Virus record (IMG/VR): IMGVR_UViG_3300037423_000781
Coordinates: 1-35,091 of that record
Direction: 5' to 3' (one strand)
From: a virus
Taxonomy: Duplodnaviria; Caudoviricetes
Length of the DNA: 35,091 nucleotides
How positions within the stretch are numbered: position 1 is the stretch's first letter; every line of letters begins with the position of its first letter. Positions 27,538 to 35,090 of the stretch are shown here, piece by piece. The position numbers and the translations under genes were made by a program. The notes under the pieces were generated by a model. The model ran no database searches and was not told the DNA's origin. It saw only the letters and a program-made list of their open reading frames with translations.

Positions 27538-28338
27538 TCAATCTCCAAATCCCGGCATGAACTGCATAACAGTTTCGGTCAGGCCTTCCAACGGCGTGAA
27601 GGTCAGCATGATGATGCCGCCGGTGGTGGCGGTGCGGATCAGGCATTCGCCGTAGATGTCGAGCGGGCATTCCTCGTCGAGCCAGATCAGATGGCGCGCC
27701 GTGCCTTCGAACGAGCCGCGCTTCTGCTCATAGGCCTTGAGACCCAGCCGCGACCAGCCGCCCGACACATGCTTGACCAGGATGGAATCGACCAGGTCGT
27801 CGACACCGCGCTTCCAGATGATGCGGCCGATCAGGTGCGCGGGGATCATGCCCTTGCCGGCGAAACCCTTGCGGCCGTCGTCGGTCTCGTATGTCACCTC
27901 GCCCAGCAGAGCGTTCTGCACGATGTCGCGCGTGGTCTCGTTGGCCTTGCCGCAGGCCCAGGCCGAGATCGGAGCGTCGAAGCGCCGGCCTTCCCACCAG
28001 TAGGGATAAAGCCCGGTGAGGTGCGCCGTGGTGGCGTAGGCGCCCGCCAGCGTCTTGCCGACGCGGTTCGCGGCGAGGAAGCATATCTCGCGATAGGTGG
28101 CGCTCGCCTTGAAGAACTCGATGTGCTTGGCATAGCGAGCCCTGGCATAGATGACGCGGCCGTCGGCCTGCACATTGTCATTGTCGGGGAAGAGATCGAA
28201 GAACTGGCGGCGGCTCTGGCGCCGGTTCAGCGCGGCCAGCAATGCGGCGAAGCGCTCCTGGCGATCGCGCGGCCACATGGCGAAGGTGGCGGCGTCGACG
28301 TCCTGCAGCAGTTCCGCGGTGGATGGCAGGGCGTTCAT
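27538..28338 (-). CDS. terL: Terminase large subunit, N-terminal ATPase part (266 aa)
   Basis: ATG 28338 (ATGA coupling); Walker A AANRVGKT, Walker B LIWLDEE, coupling motif LTFTPLEG, then a stop 13 codons later. Confidence 0.92.
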   Translation of the reverse strand: MNALPSTAELLQDVDAATFAMWPRDRQERFAALLAALNRRQSRRQFFDLFPDNDNVQADGRVIYARARYAKHIEFFKASATYREICFLAANRVGKTLAGAYATTAHLTGLYPYWWEGRRFDAPISAWACGKANETTRDIVQNALLGEVTYETDDGRKGFAGKGMIPAHLIGRIIWKRGVDDLVDSILVKHVSGGWSRLGLKAYEQKRGSFEGTARHLIWLDEECPLDIYGECLIRTATTGGIIMLTFTPLEGLTETVMQFMPGFGD

Positions 28339-28811
28339 GTCGGCGACCGCTCGAGGATATGCAGGCGCTTCTGCGTGAGCCCGGCGAACGTCCAGCCATC
28401 CTGGTAGAAAATGTGCCCCCACGTCGGGCGGCTGGCTCGGAAGGTTGGTGAGACGCCAAGCGGATCGACGAAGGTAAACAACCGCTCACCCGGCCAGCGC
28501 TGCCATGCCAGTTTCCTCGCCTCGCCCAACAGCGGGATAGCCTCCTCGCCGCTCTCCCGGCGATAGATGCAGCATTCCACGCCGACTTGCCCGTCGCGCC
28601 GGTGCTTTTCCTTGCGCCACGCGCACAGCGCGCCGCCATCGGCCGTCAGCAACAGATATTTCTCGCCGGGACCGATGATGAGTTCATTGACGCGCCGACC
28701 GGCAACGCGCGGGCGATAGCTGTAGTGCCGCTTGAAGATGTCGCGCGCGGTGTCGTTGCCGTCGAGGACTTCGACCCAGCCTTCGCCGATGAGGAAGGGC
28801 TGGACGTTCAC
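28335..28811 (-). CDS. Mom-like GNAT-fold putative DNA-modification protein
   Basis: RHYS near the N-terminus and LFTFVD..GHIFYQDGWTFAGLT resemble Mu Mom-family motifs; coupled at both ends. Confidence 0.58.
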   Translation of the reverse strand: MNVQPFLIGEGWVEVLDGNDTARDIFKRHYSYRPRVAGRRVNELIIGPGEKYLLLTADGGALCAWRKEKHRRDGQVGVECCIYRRESGEEAIPLLGEARKLAWQRWPGERLFTFVDPLGVSPTFRASRPTWGHIFYQDGWTFAGLTQKRLHILERSPT

Positions 28812-29287
28812 TTGTCGTCGTCCTTCTTCGCCGGCAGCGCAAGCGGCGGTTGCCCCTTCATGGCGCGCAGTTCGTTGACCATCGACGCCACCTCGAAGCG
28901 CAGCTCGTCGTCGGTCAACTGGTTGAAGGTGCCCGACAGGTTGACGTTGAGATTGCGGCTTGGCGCCTCGAGACCGAAGAGCTTGGCCTTTGCCATCGCA
29001 CCACTGATCACTGCGGCCGGCTGGTCGGTCTGGTGCGCCAGGACGATGCCTTGATTGATTTCAGCGGCGAGCGATTCCCGCGTCACTGCCATGCTTTCGG
29101 CAAGATGGTCGAGCAATTCCCTTACCCGATTTGCCACCTGAGCATTTCTCAGCAGGCGCGGTCCGTCGGTCGAAGCGGCCGCTACCGAGCTTTTAAACCC
29201 CGCATCGAGATAGGCTTTGTACGCAGGCAGGCCATTGGCCACGCCTTGCGCGAAGATTTCCCAGCGTGGGTTTTTCAGTGCTGGCAT
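28808..29287 (-). CDS. terS: Terminase small subunit (159 aa)
   Basis: LKNPRWEIFAQ..AYLDAGF..RLLRNAQVANRV HTH, AKLFGL, LTDDEL; ATG 29287. Confidence 0.85.
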   Translation of the reverse strand: MPALKNPRWEIFAQGVANGLPAYKAYLDAGFKSSVAAASTDGPRLLRNAQVANRVRELLDHLAESMAVTRESLAAEINQGIVLAHQTDQPAAVISGAMAKAKLFGLEAPSRNLNVNLSGTFNQLTDDELRFEVASMVNELRAMKGQPPLALPAKKDDDK

Positions 29288-29577
29288 CAGGCTGCTGCCT
29301 CCCGCATGGACGCGACGAGATCGCCGAGCCACACCGCCCAGCTTGCGGGCTTGGAGCCGGCAAAGATGTAGAGGTCTTCCTGGTGTCGCATGGCGCGGCG
29401 CATCCCTATGGCGTGGTCGGAGATGCGAACCTTGAAACTGCGGCGATTGGTGAAGATGAACACATAGTTCGAGCGGCCGGCAGCATTGCTCGACTTGCTC
29501 ACCTGGGTGCGCAGGCCAGGCAGAGCGTCTTTGATGGACGCGACGAACAATTGCGTGGTGCGGTCGACGGCGCGCAT
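29287..29577 (-). CDS. Hypothetical protein with SxY..RISDH motif (96 aa)
   Basis: TGATG coupling at both ends; SNYV..KVRISDH. Confidence 0.65.
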   Translation of the reverse strand: MRAVDRTTQLFVASIKDALPGLRTQVSKSSNAAGRSNYVFIFTNRRSFKVRISDHAIGMRRAMRHQEDLYIFAGSKPASWAVWLGDLVASMREAAA

Positions 29578-29840
29578 CAGGCTGGCACCTTGTCCTTGTT
29601 GAGCATGGCGGTGAACACCGAGATATCGGTCTTGCGCAGGTGGACCGGGCGGAAGCGAGTGTAGAGCCAGCACGGCTCCGAACCGTGCTCGTCCGACCAT
29701 GTCGACGGCTCTTCAAGGCCGACGAACTCCGGCTCGAGACAGCCGATGGTGTAGACCTCTCCCTTGCGCAGGCAGCCGCCGGAGCCTTTGGCGTCGACGC
29801 AGACGACTTTCATTCCGACATGCCAATGAAGATGGCTCAT
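29577..29840 (-). CDS. Small phage hypothetical protein (87 aa)
   Basis: VGMKVVCVD..GEVYTI..RFRP..TDISVF; coupled at both ends. Confidence 0.7.
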   Translation of the reverse strand: MSHLHWHVGMKVVCVDAKGSGGCLRKGEVYTIGCLEPEFVGLEEPSTWSDEHGSEPCWLYTRFRPVHLRKTDISVFTAMLNKDKVPA

Positions 29841-30121
29841 CAGTGCCCCCGCTTGCCTGGGAACGCATAGGACGCGCGCGGCGCGAACTTTTCATGGGTT
29901 GCGGGCTCGATCGGCGCACGGAGCTCCGTGCCGTCGACCGATACCCTAGGCTCCGCGAAGTGATTGCCAGCGTCGAGGCCGATGAAACGGAACGCCAGGC
30001 CGCATTGAGCGCAGGAGACCGTGACATCCGCGCTGTAGCCGGTCACCGGGCCGTCATCACCTCGCGTCAGGCGGCCGACGCGAACGTTGGCTTTAAAATT
30101 CTCGTGCTCGCATGTCGTCAT
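29840..30121 (-). CDS. Small Zn-ribbon-like protein (93 aa)
   Basis: GGAG RBS before ATG 30121; CEH..CAQCG. Confidence 0.7.
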   Translation of the reverse strand: MTTCEHENFKANVRVGRLTRGDDGPVTGYSADVTVSCAQCGLAFRFIGLDAGNHFAEPRVSVDGTELRAPIEPATHEKFAPRASYAFPGKRGH

Positions 30122-30136
30122 TTTCCACTCTCCGCG

Positions 30137-30198
30137 TGTATGCACACCTTGATAAATGTACATACAAAATGGTACAGATTGCCTGTACATACAAAATG
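30137..30198. promoter_or_regulatory. Operator-like boxes in the divergent intergenic region
   Basis: TGTACATACAAAATG repeated exactly at 30157-30171 and 30184-30198; related inverted box TGTATGCACA at 30137-30146; AT-rich island. Confidence 0.75.
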
Positions 30199-30211
30199 AG
30201 AGGCATAGCAG

Positions 30212-30673
30212 ATGACCGGCATTGAACTCCCCAACGACGAGGACGAGGTGTCCTTCGCTCCCGCTCCGTCGCCTGAAGAAGCGCGGGCGCGGCTCGCGGC
30301 GCTGCGGGGGAAGCCGCTCGACGGGCCGAGCCGGTTGGTGACTGAGCCTGAGGTGGTCAAGGCTTCTGAGGAAGGTCTGACGCTGCGGCCGACCGCTCCG
30401 GCCGACATGGTCAGCCTCGAACTGCCTGCCGACAAGATGGCGCGGCTCATGGCGCTCCTGGAAAACGAAGAGCCGAAGGCAGAGCCGCAGAAGCCGGCCA
30501 GCGCCGTGAAGAAGGCCGACAGCCCGTTGTTCAAGGCGAAGAAGGTGCGCATCACCACGCGCATCGATGCCGACGTGCTGGAAGCCTTCAAGGCTGGAGG
30601 CGATGGCTGGCAGACCAGGATCAATGATGTGCTGCGCGCGAACATGCCTAGTGCTCCAACAGCCGAAGATTGA
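30212..30673 (+). CDS. BrnA-family (ribbon-helix-helix) antitoxin-like regulator
   Basis: KVRITTRIDADVLEAFKAGGDGWQTRINDVLR C-terminal signature; GAGAGG RBS; no BrnT-like gene upstream. Confidence 0.85.
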   Translation: MTGIELPNDEDEVSFAPAPSPEEARARLAALRGKPLDGPSRLVTEPEVVKASEEGLTLRPTAPADMVSLELPADKMARLMALLENEEPKAEPQKPASAVKKADSPLFKAKKVRITTRIDADVLEAFKAGGDGWQTRINDVLRANMPSAPTAED

Positions 30674-30875
30674 GGCGCTGCACGGCTCCTATCAGGGTGG
30701 CGATGTTTTCGCCTGCCTCATAGACCGAGGCAGTGCTGCCGTCGGCGTTCACCATTGCGATCGCCACCCCGGTGACACCTTCCCGATCGGCTAGTTCTAA
30801 GACTTCCGCGAGTTTTGCCTTGACGCCTGCTGTGGCTTTGCGCGCTGTTGGGACGAGCGTGATCGGATCAGGCAT
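30648..30875 (-). CDS. Small hypothetical protein (75 aa)
   Basis: GGAG RBS; LELADREGVTGVAIAMV..LIGAV. Confidence 0.68.
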   Translation of the reverse strand: MPDPITLVPTARKATAGVKAKLAEVLELADREGVTGVAIAMVNADGSTASVYEAGENIATLIGAVQRLNLRLLEH

Positions 30876-31077
30876 TGGGTGTCTCCGCGCAAATCTCTGC
30901 GATCGCGTCGGCCAACGCTCGGGCGGTCCGCGCTTTGTGAGACGCTATGTGCAGCGCCTGCCAGTCTCCGCCGCCGGCCCTTGCCTGCTCGGCCGCCAAT
31001 GCCGCTTGGTCGGCGCGGGCGGCCACGCGCATCGCTGCCGCATGGAAGTCCGCCGGGCTGAAATTAACGCGCTGCAT
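30868..31077 (-). CDS. Ala-rich small hypothetical protein (69 aa)
   Basis: AAGGAG RBS; overlaps both neighbours. Confidence 0.62.
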   Translation of the reverse strand: MQRVNFSPADFHAAAMRVAARADQAALAAEQARAGGGDWQALHIASHKARTARALADAIAEICAETPNA

Positions 31078-31294
31078 TGGCTATCTCCTTGGGCGGCGCC
31101 GCGCTGACTGCGAAGGTGCGCAGCCTGACAACCGCCTCGGGCAGGTCAGCGGGCGCGCCGGCATAGTTGCAGAACATCTCCGCGCCCCACGGCTCGCCGG
31201 CATAGATGTCTCTTACGGCCACAGCGACCAACTTTCCGTGCTCCCATACCTCGAAGCCGGCGGGTAGGATGACCTGGCGGGCTGCCCTGCCCAT
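31064..31294 (-). CDS. Small hypothetical protein (76 aa)
   Basis: ATG 31294, 2 nt after the EndoVII stop, GGAG upstream; MGRAARQVILPAGFEVW. Confidence 0.55.
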   Translation of the reverse strand: MGRAARQVILPAGFEVWEHGKLVAVAVRDIYAGEPWGAEMFCNYAGAPADLPEAVVRLRTFAVSAAPPKEIANAAR

Positions 31295-31296
31295 GG

Positions 31297-31881
31297 CTAC
31301 ACCGCTCCGACATTGTGGCCGTGCTGCATGATCAGGCCAGCAGGACGGCACAGATACTGGATTGCGCTTTGCATCAACTCTTGGCTGTCTCTGAAGCAGC
31401 CAAGGCCCATGTTGCAGTGGTGGCAAAGCAGACCGCGAATTTCGCCGGTCTCATGGTCGTGGTCGATGAACAAATGCTTTGCGCGCGGGCCTTGCTGTGG
31501 CTTTCGACACACCTCGCATCGCCCGTCGCTTCTTGCGAGTAGAGCCTGGTACGTCTCAAGCGAAATGCCGTAGTTATCGAGTAGCTTCTTGACTCGAATG
31601 GCTTCGCGGTTCTTGGCGCGCCACGCTTTCCCCTTTTCGGAGTGGGCCTTACGGACAGCAGGATCCTCGGCATACCGCTGGCGTTTGTAGACTCTCTGCG
31701 CGGCCTGAAGTTTGTCTTTGTTCCGCGCCTTGTAGCGCCGAACTATTTCGCGCCGCCTCTCTGGATTCTTGGCAGCCCACTCCTTGTCAGCAGCGTTCTT
31801 GCGCGCTTTGTTATCGTTGTACCATTGCTTGCGCCGCTCGCGACCGCGCGCCTTCGATGCTTCTGAACGCACGTAGGCCAT
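31297..31881 (-). CDS. Endonuclease VII-family nuclease (probable free-standing homing endonuclease)
   Basis: Basic helical N-terminus, YGISLETY..CEVC..IDHDHETGEIRGLLCHHCNMGLG..AIQYL. Confidence 0.9.
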   Translation of the reverse strand: MAYVRSEASKARGRERRKQWYNDNKARKNAADKEWAAKNPERRREIVRRYKARNKDKLQAAQRVYKRQRYAEDPAVRKAHSEKGKAWRAKNREAIRVKKLLDNYGISLETYQALLARSDGRCEVCRKPQQGPRAKHLFIDHDHETGEIRGLLCHHCNMGLGCFRDSQELMQSAIQYLCRPAGLIMQHGHNVGAV

Positions 31882-32768
31882 TAGATCGCACCCACATTAA
31901 GACCAGCAGGGATGATGCTCAGTTGGAACCCAGCAGCGTTTCGATGGCCTCCTCCCCCAAAAGCCGCTGCCACTTCCGAGACGTCGACGCGGTGCGCCTC
32001 GGAACGCAGCGAGAACTCAAGCAGGCCGTCGCCGCGGCGGAACCATGAGGCGACGAACGGCGACACCGGGAAAAGCTCGAGCAAGAGATGGCAGGCGTCG
32101 CTCGCAAACTGCTTGGGCACGTTGACCAGCGGTACCGTGTGACCGGCGATATCCCCGGTGTAGGCCTGCTTGAGCATGGTCTCGACGGCGGCGGCGTTGG
32201 CGCGCAGGATCGGCTCGCCCTCGTCGACCAGCGCGTCGAACGACCGGTTCAACTGGTCCCATACCTCGAAGTCCTGCGGGTAGCTGTTCAGCGCGGCGAT
32301 CACCTCCTTGGTATCGGGATAGCGGAAGCGCCACAAATCCCGGTCCTCGATGCGGGTGATCAAATCCGGCACCTCGGCGCCGGGATGCGCGAACTCCCAC
32401 GCCAGGCGGGCGCCGCTCTTGTCCATGTCGAACCAGACGAGGATCGGATGCAGGCGCATGGCGTCGAAGTGATCCATGTCGCCCGAGAACGTCGGCAAGC
32501 CAGCCAGCGCTGCGGCCGCGCTCTTGTGGTGGTCGAGCACAACGACAGAGCGTGCCTTGCCCTCGTCGACCATCGCGCGCAGCACGTCCGCCGGCGCGCT
32601 GAAGTCGACGAACAGGATGTTCTTGCCCTCGATGTCGTCGAGGTCGAGCGGCTCGCCATAAGTGGCCGGGATGAAGGTGCATGTCGGCCAGCGGCGCCAG
32701 ATCGCCCAGGCGGCGCCAAAGCCATCCGTACAATCGGCATGAAACAAGCAAATGTTGGGCTCGTACAT
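31881..32768 (-). CDS. DHH/DHHA1-family phosphoesterase
   Basis: HADCTDG, FVDFS, LDHH, DRDLW, FSLRS, GGGGHRNAAG. Confidence 0.92.
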   Translation of the reverse strand: MYEPNICLFHADCTDGFGAAWAIWRRWPTCTFIPATYGEPLDLDDIEGKNILFVDFSAPADVLRAMVDEGKARSVVVLDHHKSAAAALAGLPTFSGDMDHFDAMRLHPILVWFDMDKSGARLAWEFAHPGAEVPDLITRIEDRDLWRFRYPDTKEVIAALNSYPQDFEVWDQLNRSFDALVDEGEPILRANAAAVETMLKQAYTGDIAGHTVPLVNVPKQFASDACHLLLELFPVSPFVASWFRRGDGLLEFSLRSEAHRVDVSEVAAAFGGGGHRNAAGFQLSIIPAGLNVGAI

Positions 32769-32781
32769 CGGTCTTTTCCTT

Positions 32782-34263
32782 TCACATCCTATTGAGGAAA
32801 CTCATCTCTTCCTGGTCGATCTCGGTCTGCGGCTCGACGGATTCCAGCAGCGTGAACTTGGCGTTGAAATCTAGCGTCTCGCGAATGTTGGTCGGGCCAA
32901 AGCGCACCTTCAGCGCGCCGATCTCGGCAATGTCCTTGCCGCCGTCGCGGACATCTGACGGGAACACACCGCTGTTGATGATCTTCCAGTCGGCGTTGGT
33001 GGCGGCGGTCGCCTTGCGCTCGTCGAGGAACTTCTTGAAGCGGTAGAGGTAGAACACCGCGTCGTAGGATTCCTTCGTGCCCTCGCCGCCGAACAGGTCG
33101 GATGCGATCGGGCGCGGGTTCGGGCGCTGCATGCCGGCCGTGTTGCGCTGGTTGAGCATCAGCCATGCCGCCCCGACGGAATTGGCCCCGGCCTTCAGGA
33201 TGCCGTTGATGGCGCCGGCCTTGGTGCCGGGGTCGGAGCGTTCCGTGCTGCGCTCCGGCGTGATGCGCTTGATGTGGTCGGTGACGATCAGCGTCAGCCG
33301 CTCGCCGGCATGGCGGCGCTTGAAGGCGCGGGCATAGCTCACAAGCTGCGGCGCACCCTCCATGGTGCATTTGACGACCTCGAAGGGCTGCTGGTCGATC
33401 CAGTCGGCGAAGGCCTTGGCGTCCATCCACTCGGATTGGCTGAGGTCGCCGAAGCGCTGCCGCCTGGCCTCGATGCGATGGCGCTGCGCCACCATCTGGC
33501 GCACGATCTGCTCGGCAGACTGGTCATAGGACTGGAACTGCACCGCGCAGCCGGCGGCAAGGGCATGGTAGACGAGTTGCACGGTCAGACTGGTCTTGCC
33601 TTCGCCAGAGCTCGATAGCAGGCCGTAATAGTTGCCGATCTCGAAGGACGGCTCGGAGATGACGCGCTGGATTTCCTTCAGGCCGATCGGAATGCCGATC
33701 ACGGATCCGCGCTCCTTGGCCGTCTCCATGTTTTCCAGGTAGTTGCGGCCGGCGCCGCGGCGGGTTTCGGCCTTGACGCGCATGCCGCGCAGTTGCGCCA
33801 TCCTGTCTTCGAATTCCGAGCGCTCGCCGATGACGTCGACGCCGGGCGGCGGGTTGTAGGCAAAGGAGAGGAACTCGGTCGCGGCGACGATTGCCTGTCT
33901 GGCAAGCCATGCCTCATGAACGGCTATGGCGATGTCGCGCGCCGCCATTGTGCCGATGGCGGCCGATGCCAAGGTGACGAGATATTGCAGCACCGTCATG
34001 TCGCCGATCTTGGCGTTGGTCGGCAGGTAGGTTTTCACCGTGATCGGGGTTGCTATCTTGCCCATGCGGATCAGTTCCCCGCAGACCAGGTAGATGCGCT
34101 GGTGCAGAGGCTCGAAGAAATGCTCTTCCTCGAGGAAGGTCGCCACGCGGTCGAACGTGCGGTTGTCGATGAGGATCGCCCCCAACAGACCCTGTTCCGC
34201 TTCAATGTTACTCGGCAGTTCGCCAAGCACATCGCGGAGTTTGCTGCGAAGATTGTCACTCAC
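32782..34263 (-). CDS. dnaB: DnaB-like replicative helicase (divergent)
   Basis: NIEAEQGLLGAIL..HFFEPLHQRIY N-domain; Walker A SGEGKT; VTDH; NQ; RP..SDL; KVRFGPT. Confidence 0.88.
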   Translation of the reverse strand: MSDNLRSKLRDVLGELPSNIEAEQGLLGAILIDNRTFDRVATFLEEEHFFEPLHQRIYLVCGELIRMGKIATPITVKTYLPTNAKIGDMTVLQYLVTLASAAIGTMAARDIAIAVHEAWLARQAIVAATEFLSFAYNPPPGVDVIGERSEFEDRMAQLRGMRVKAETRRGAGRNYLENMETAKERGSVIGIPIGLKEIQRVISEPSFEIGNYYGLLSSSGEGKTSLTVQLVYHALAAGCAVQFQSYDQSAEQIVRQMVAQRHRIEARRQRFGDLSQSEWMDAKAFADWIDQQPFEVVKCTMEGAPQLVSYARAFKRRHAGERLTLIVTDHIKRITPERSTERSDPGTKAGAINGILKAGANSVGAAWLMLNQRNTAGMQRPNPRPIASDLFGGEGTKESYDAVFYLYRFKKFLDERKATAATNADWKIINSGVFPSDVRDGGKDIAEIGALKVRFGPTNIRETLDFNAKFTLLESVEPQTEIDQEEMSFLNRM

Positions 34264-35090
34264 GGTCTCTCCGCCATCATCCGAACAAGGCGAGCTGCGC
34301 CGGCGGAGCCGCGCTCGGCGAGGCGAGTTGCGAGAGTGCGGAACGCATAGCCGCCTTCCAGCGGGACAACGCCGTTGCCGAGCATGCGAAGTCGGTCCAC
34401 CCGGGAGGCCAGCCCATCAGCCACTCGACGAACAGCGGGTTCAAGGTGCGGCGCTCGGTCGAGGACGAGACGCCATGTGTCGAGGTCGTGGGGTCCGGGA
34501 GGGAATAGAGCAGGATTGCATCGTTCAGCGTCACCCCGTCGTGATGCTTGCTGTTCGGGTCCGAGCGGCCAGACGTCCGATTGCGCGCCCCGTTGCTGTC
34601 CGTCACCGCAGGTGTCGGCCTGGCCGACACCTTTTCCGAGACAATCGGCGCCAGCCCCTTCAGAAGGGGCTCGTTCGCTCGATCCCCCGAACGCGACATC
34701 CTGCCCCCTGTCGTATCCGCCACCGATGGTGTGGGCCACTGGAATGCTTGCGACGGCAGCGGCAATCCTGCCCCGTTCCGGAAGCTCTGGTTCGGGCCGC
34801 CCTTCTCGCCATCCGTCGCGCGAGGCGTCGACCAGGTCGACGCCTGCCAGATGTGTTCCACGAAGTTCGGAAGCTGATCGAGATGCAGTCGCCCGGTACC
34901 GTTCTTCAGGTGCTCGGGGCCATTCGCTCCCTTCTCGTCCCTGACCGAAGGCGTCGGCCAGGCCGACGCCTGAGATGCCGAGGATGAAGATGCGCTCCCG
35001 CTCGTGGCTCGCGCCAACTTCCGCCGCCGTGAAGAGTCCTCCCTCAACCGCGAAACCCAGCTTGCGAAGGTCTCGCCAAACTCTTTCCGC
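34260..35090 (-). CDS. C5-cytosine DNA methyltransferase, alpha-type frame (5'-truncated by window edge)
   Basis: Frame is open from 35090 by hand translation: LRKLGF..FTAAEVGASHERERIFIL (motifs VII-VIII) through RLRMLGNGVVP (motif X). No motif IX in this frame. Confidence 0.88.
   Translation of the reverse strand, partial: AERVWRDLRKLGFAVEGGLFTAAEVGASHERERIFILGISGVGLADAFGQGREGSEWPRAPEERYRATASRSASELRGTHLAGVDLVDASRDGWREGRPEPELPERGRIAAAVASIPVAHTIGGGYDRGQDVAFGGSSERAPSEGAGADCLGKGVGQADTCGDGQQRGAQSDVWPLGPEQQASRRGDAERCNPALFPPGPHDLDTWRLVLDRAPHLEPAVRRVADGLASRVDRLRMLGNGVVPLEGGYAFRTLATRLAERGSAGAARLVRMMAERP
34277..35089 (-). CDS. Overlapping beta-type methyltransferase polypeptide (TRD-like repeats + motif IX)
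   Basis: Second frame is also open to the window edge. Four W(P/S)TP/RPTP..D repeats and RTLNPLFVEWLMGWPPGWT (motif IX-like). True start not determinable. Confidence 0.75.
   Translation of the reverse strand, partial: RKEFGETFASWVSRLREDSSRRRKLARATSGSASSSSASQASAWPTPSVRDEKGANGPEHLKNGTGRLHLDQLPNFVEHIWQASTWSTPRATDGEKGGPNQSFRNGAGLPLPSQAFQWPTPSVADTTGGRMSRSGDRANEPLLKGLAPIVSEKVSARPTPAVTDSNGARNRTSGRSDPNSKHHDGVTLNDAILLYSLPDPTTSTHGVSSSTERRTLNPLFVEWLMGWPPGWTDFACSATALSRWKAAMRSALSQLASPSAAPPAQLALFG
34610..34971. repeat. Three perfect 23-bp palindromes AGGYGTCGRCC-W-GGYCGACRCCT
   Basis: 34610-34632 AGGTGTCGGCC-T-GGCCGACACCT; 34823-34845 AGGCGTCGACC-A-GGTCGACGCCT; 34949-34971 AGGCGTCGGCC-A-GGCCGACGCCT. Confidence 0.95.

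Noticed and set aside
14586-29716. Track's extended starts (17021, 25056, 28422, 29716) as real N-termini or frameshift fusions
   Set aside because: The extensions read as off-frame sequence over other genes. Coupled ATGs at 16457, 24774, 28338 and 29287 fit better, and I saw no slippery site.
34610-34971. CRISPR array interpretation of the palindromic repeats
   Set aside because: Only three non-identical copies with 103- and 190-bp gaps, inside dual-coding sequence, and no cas genes.
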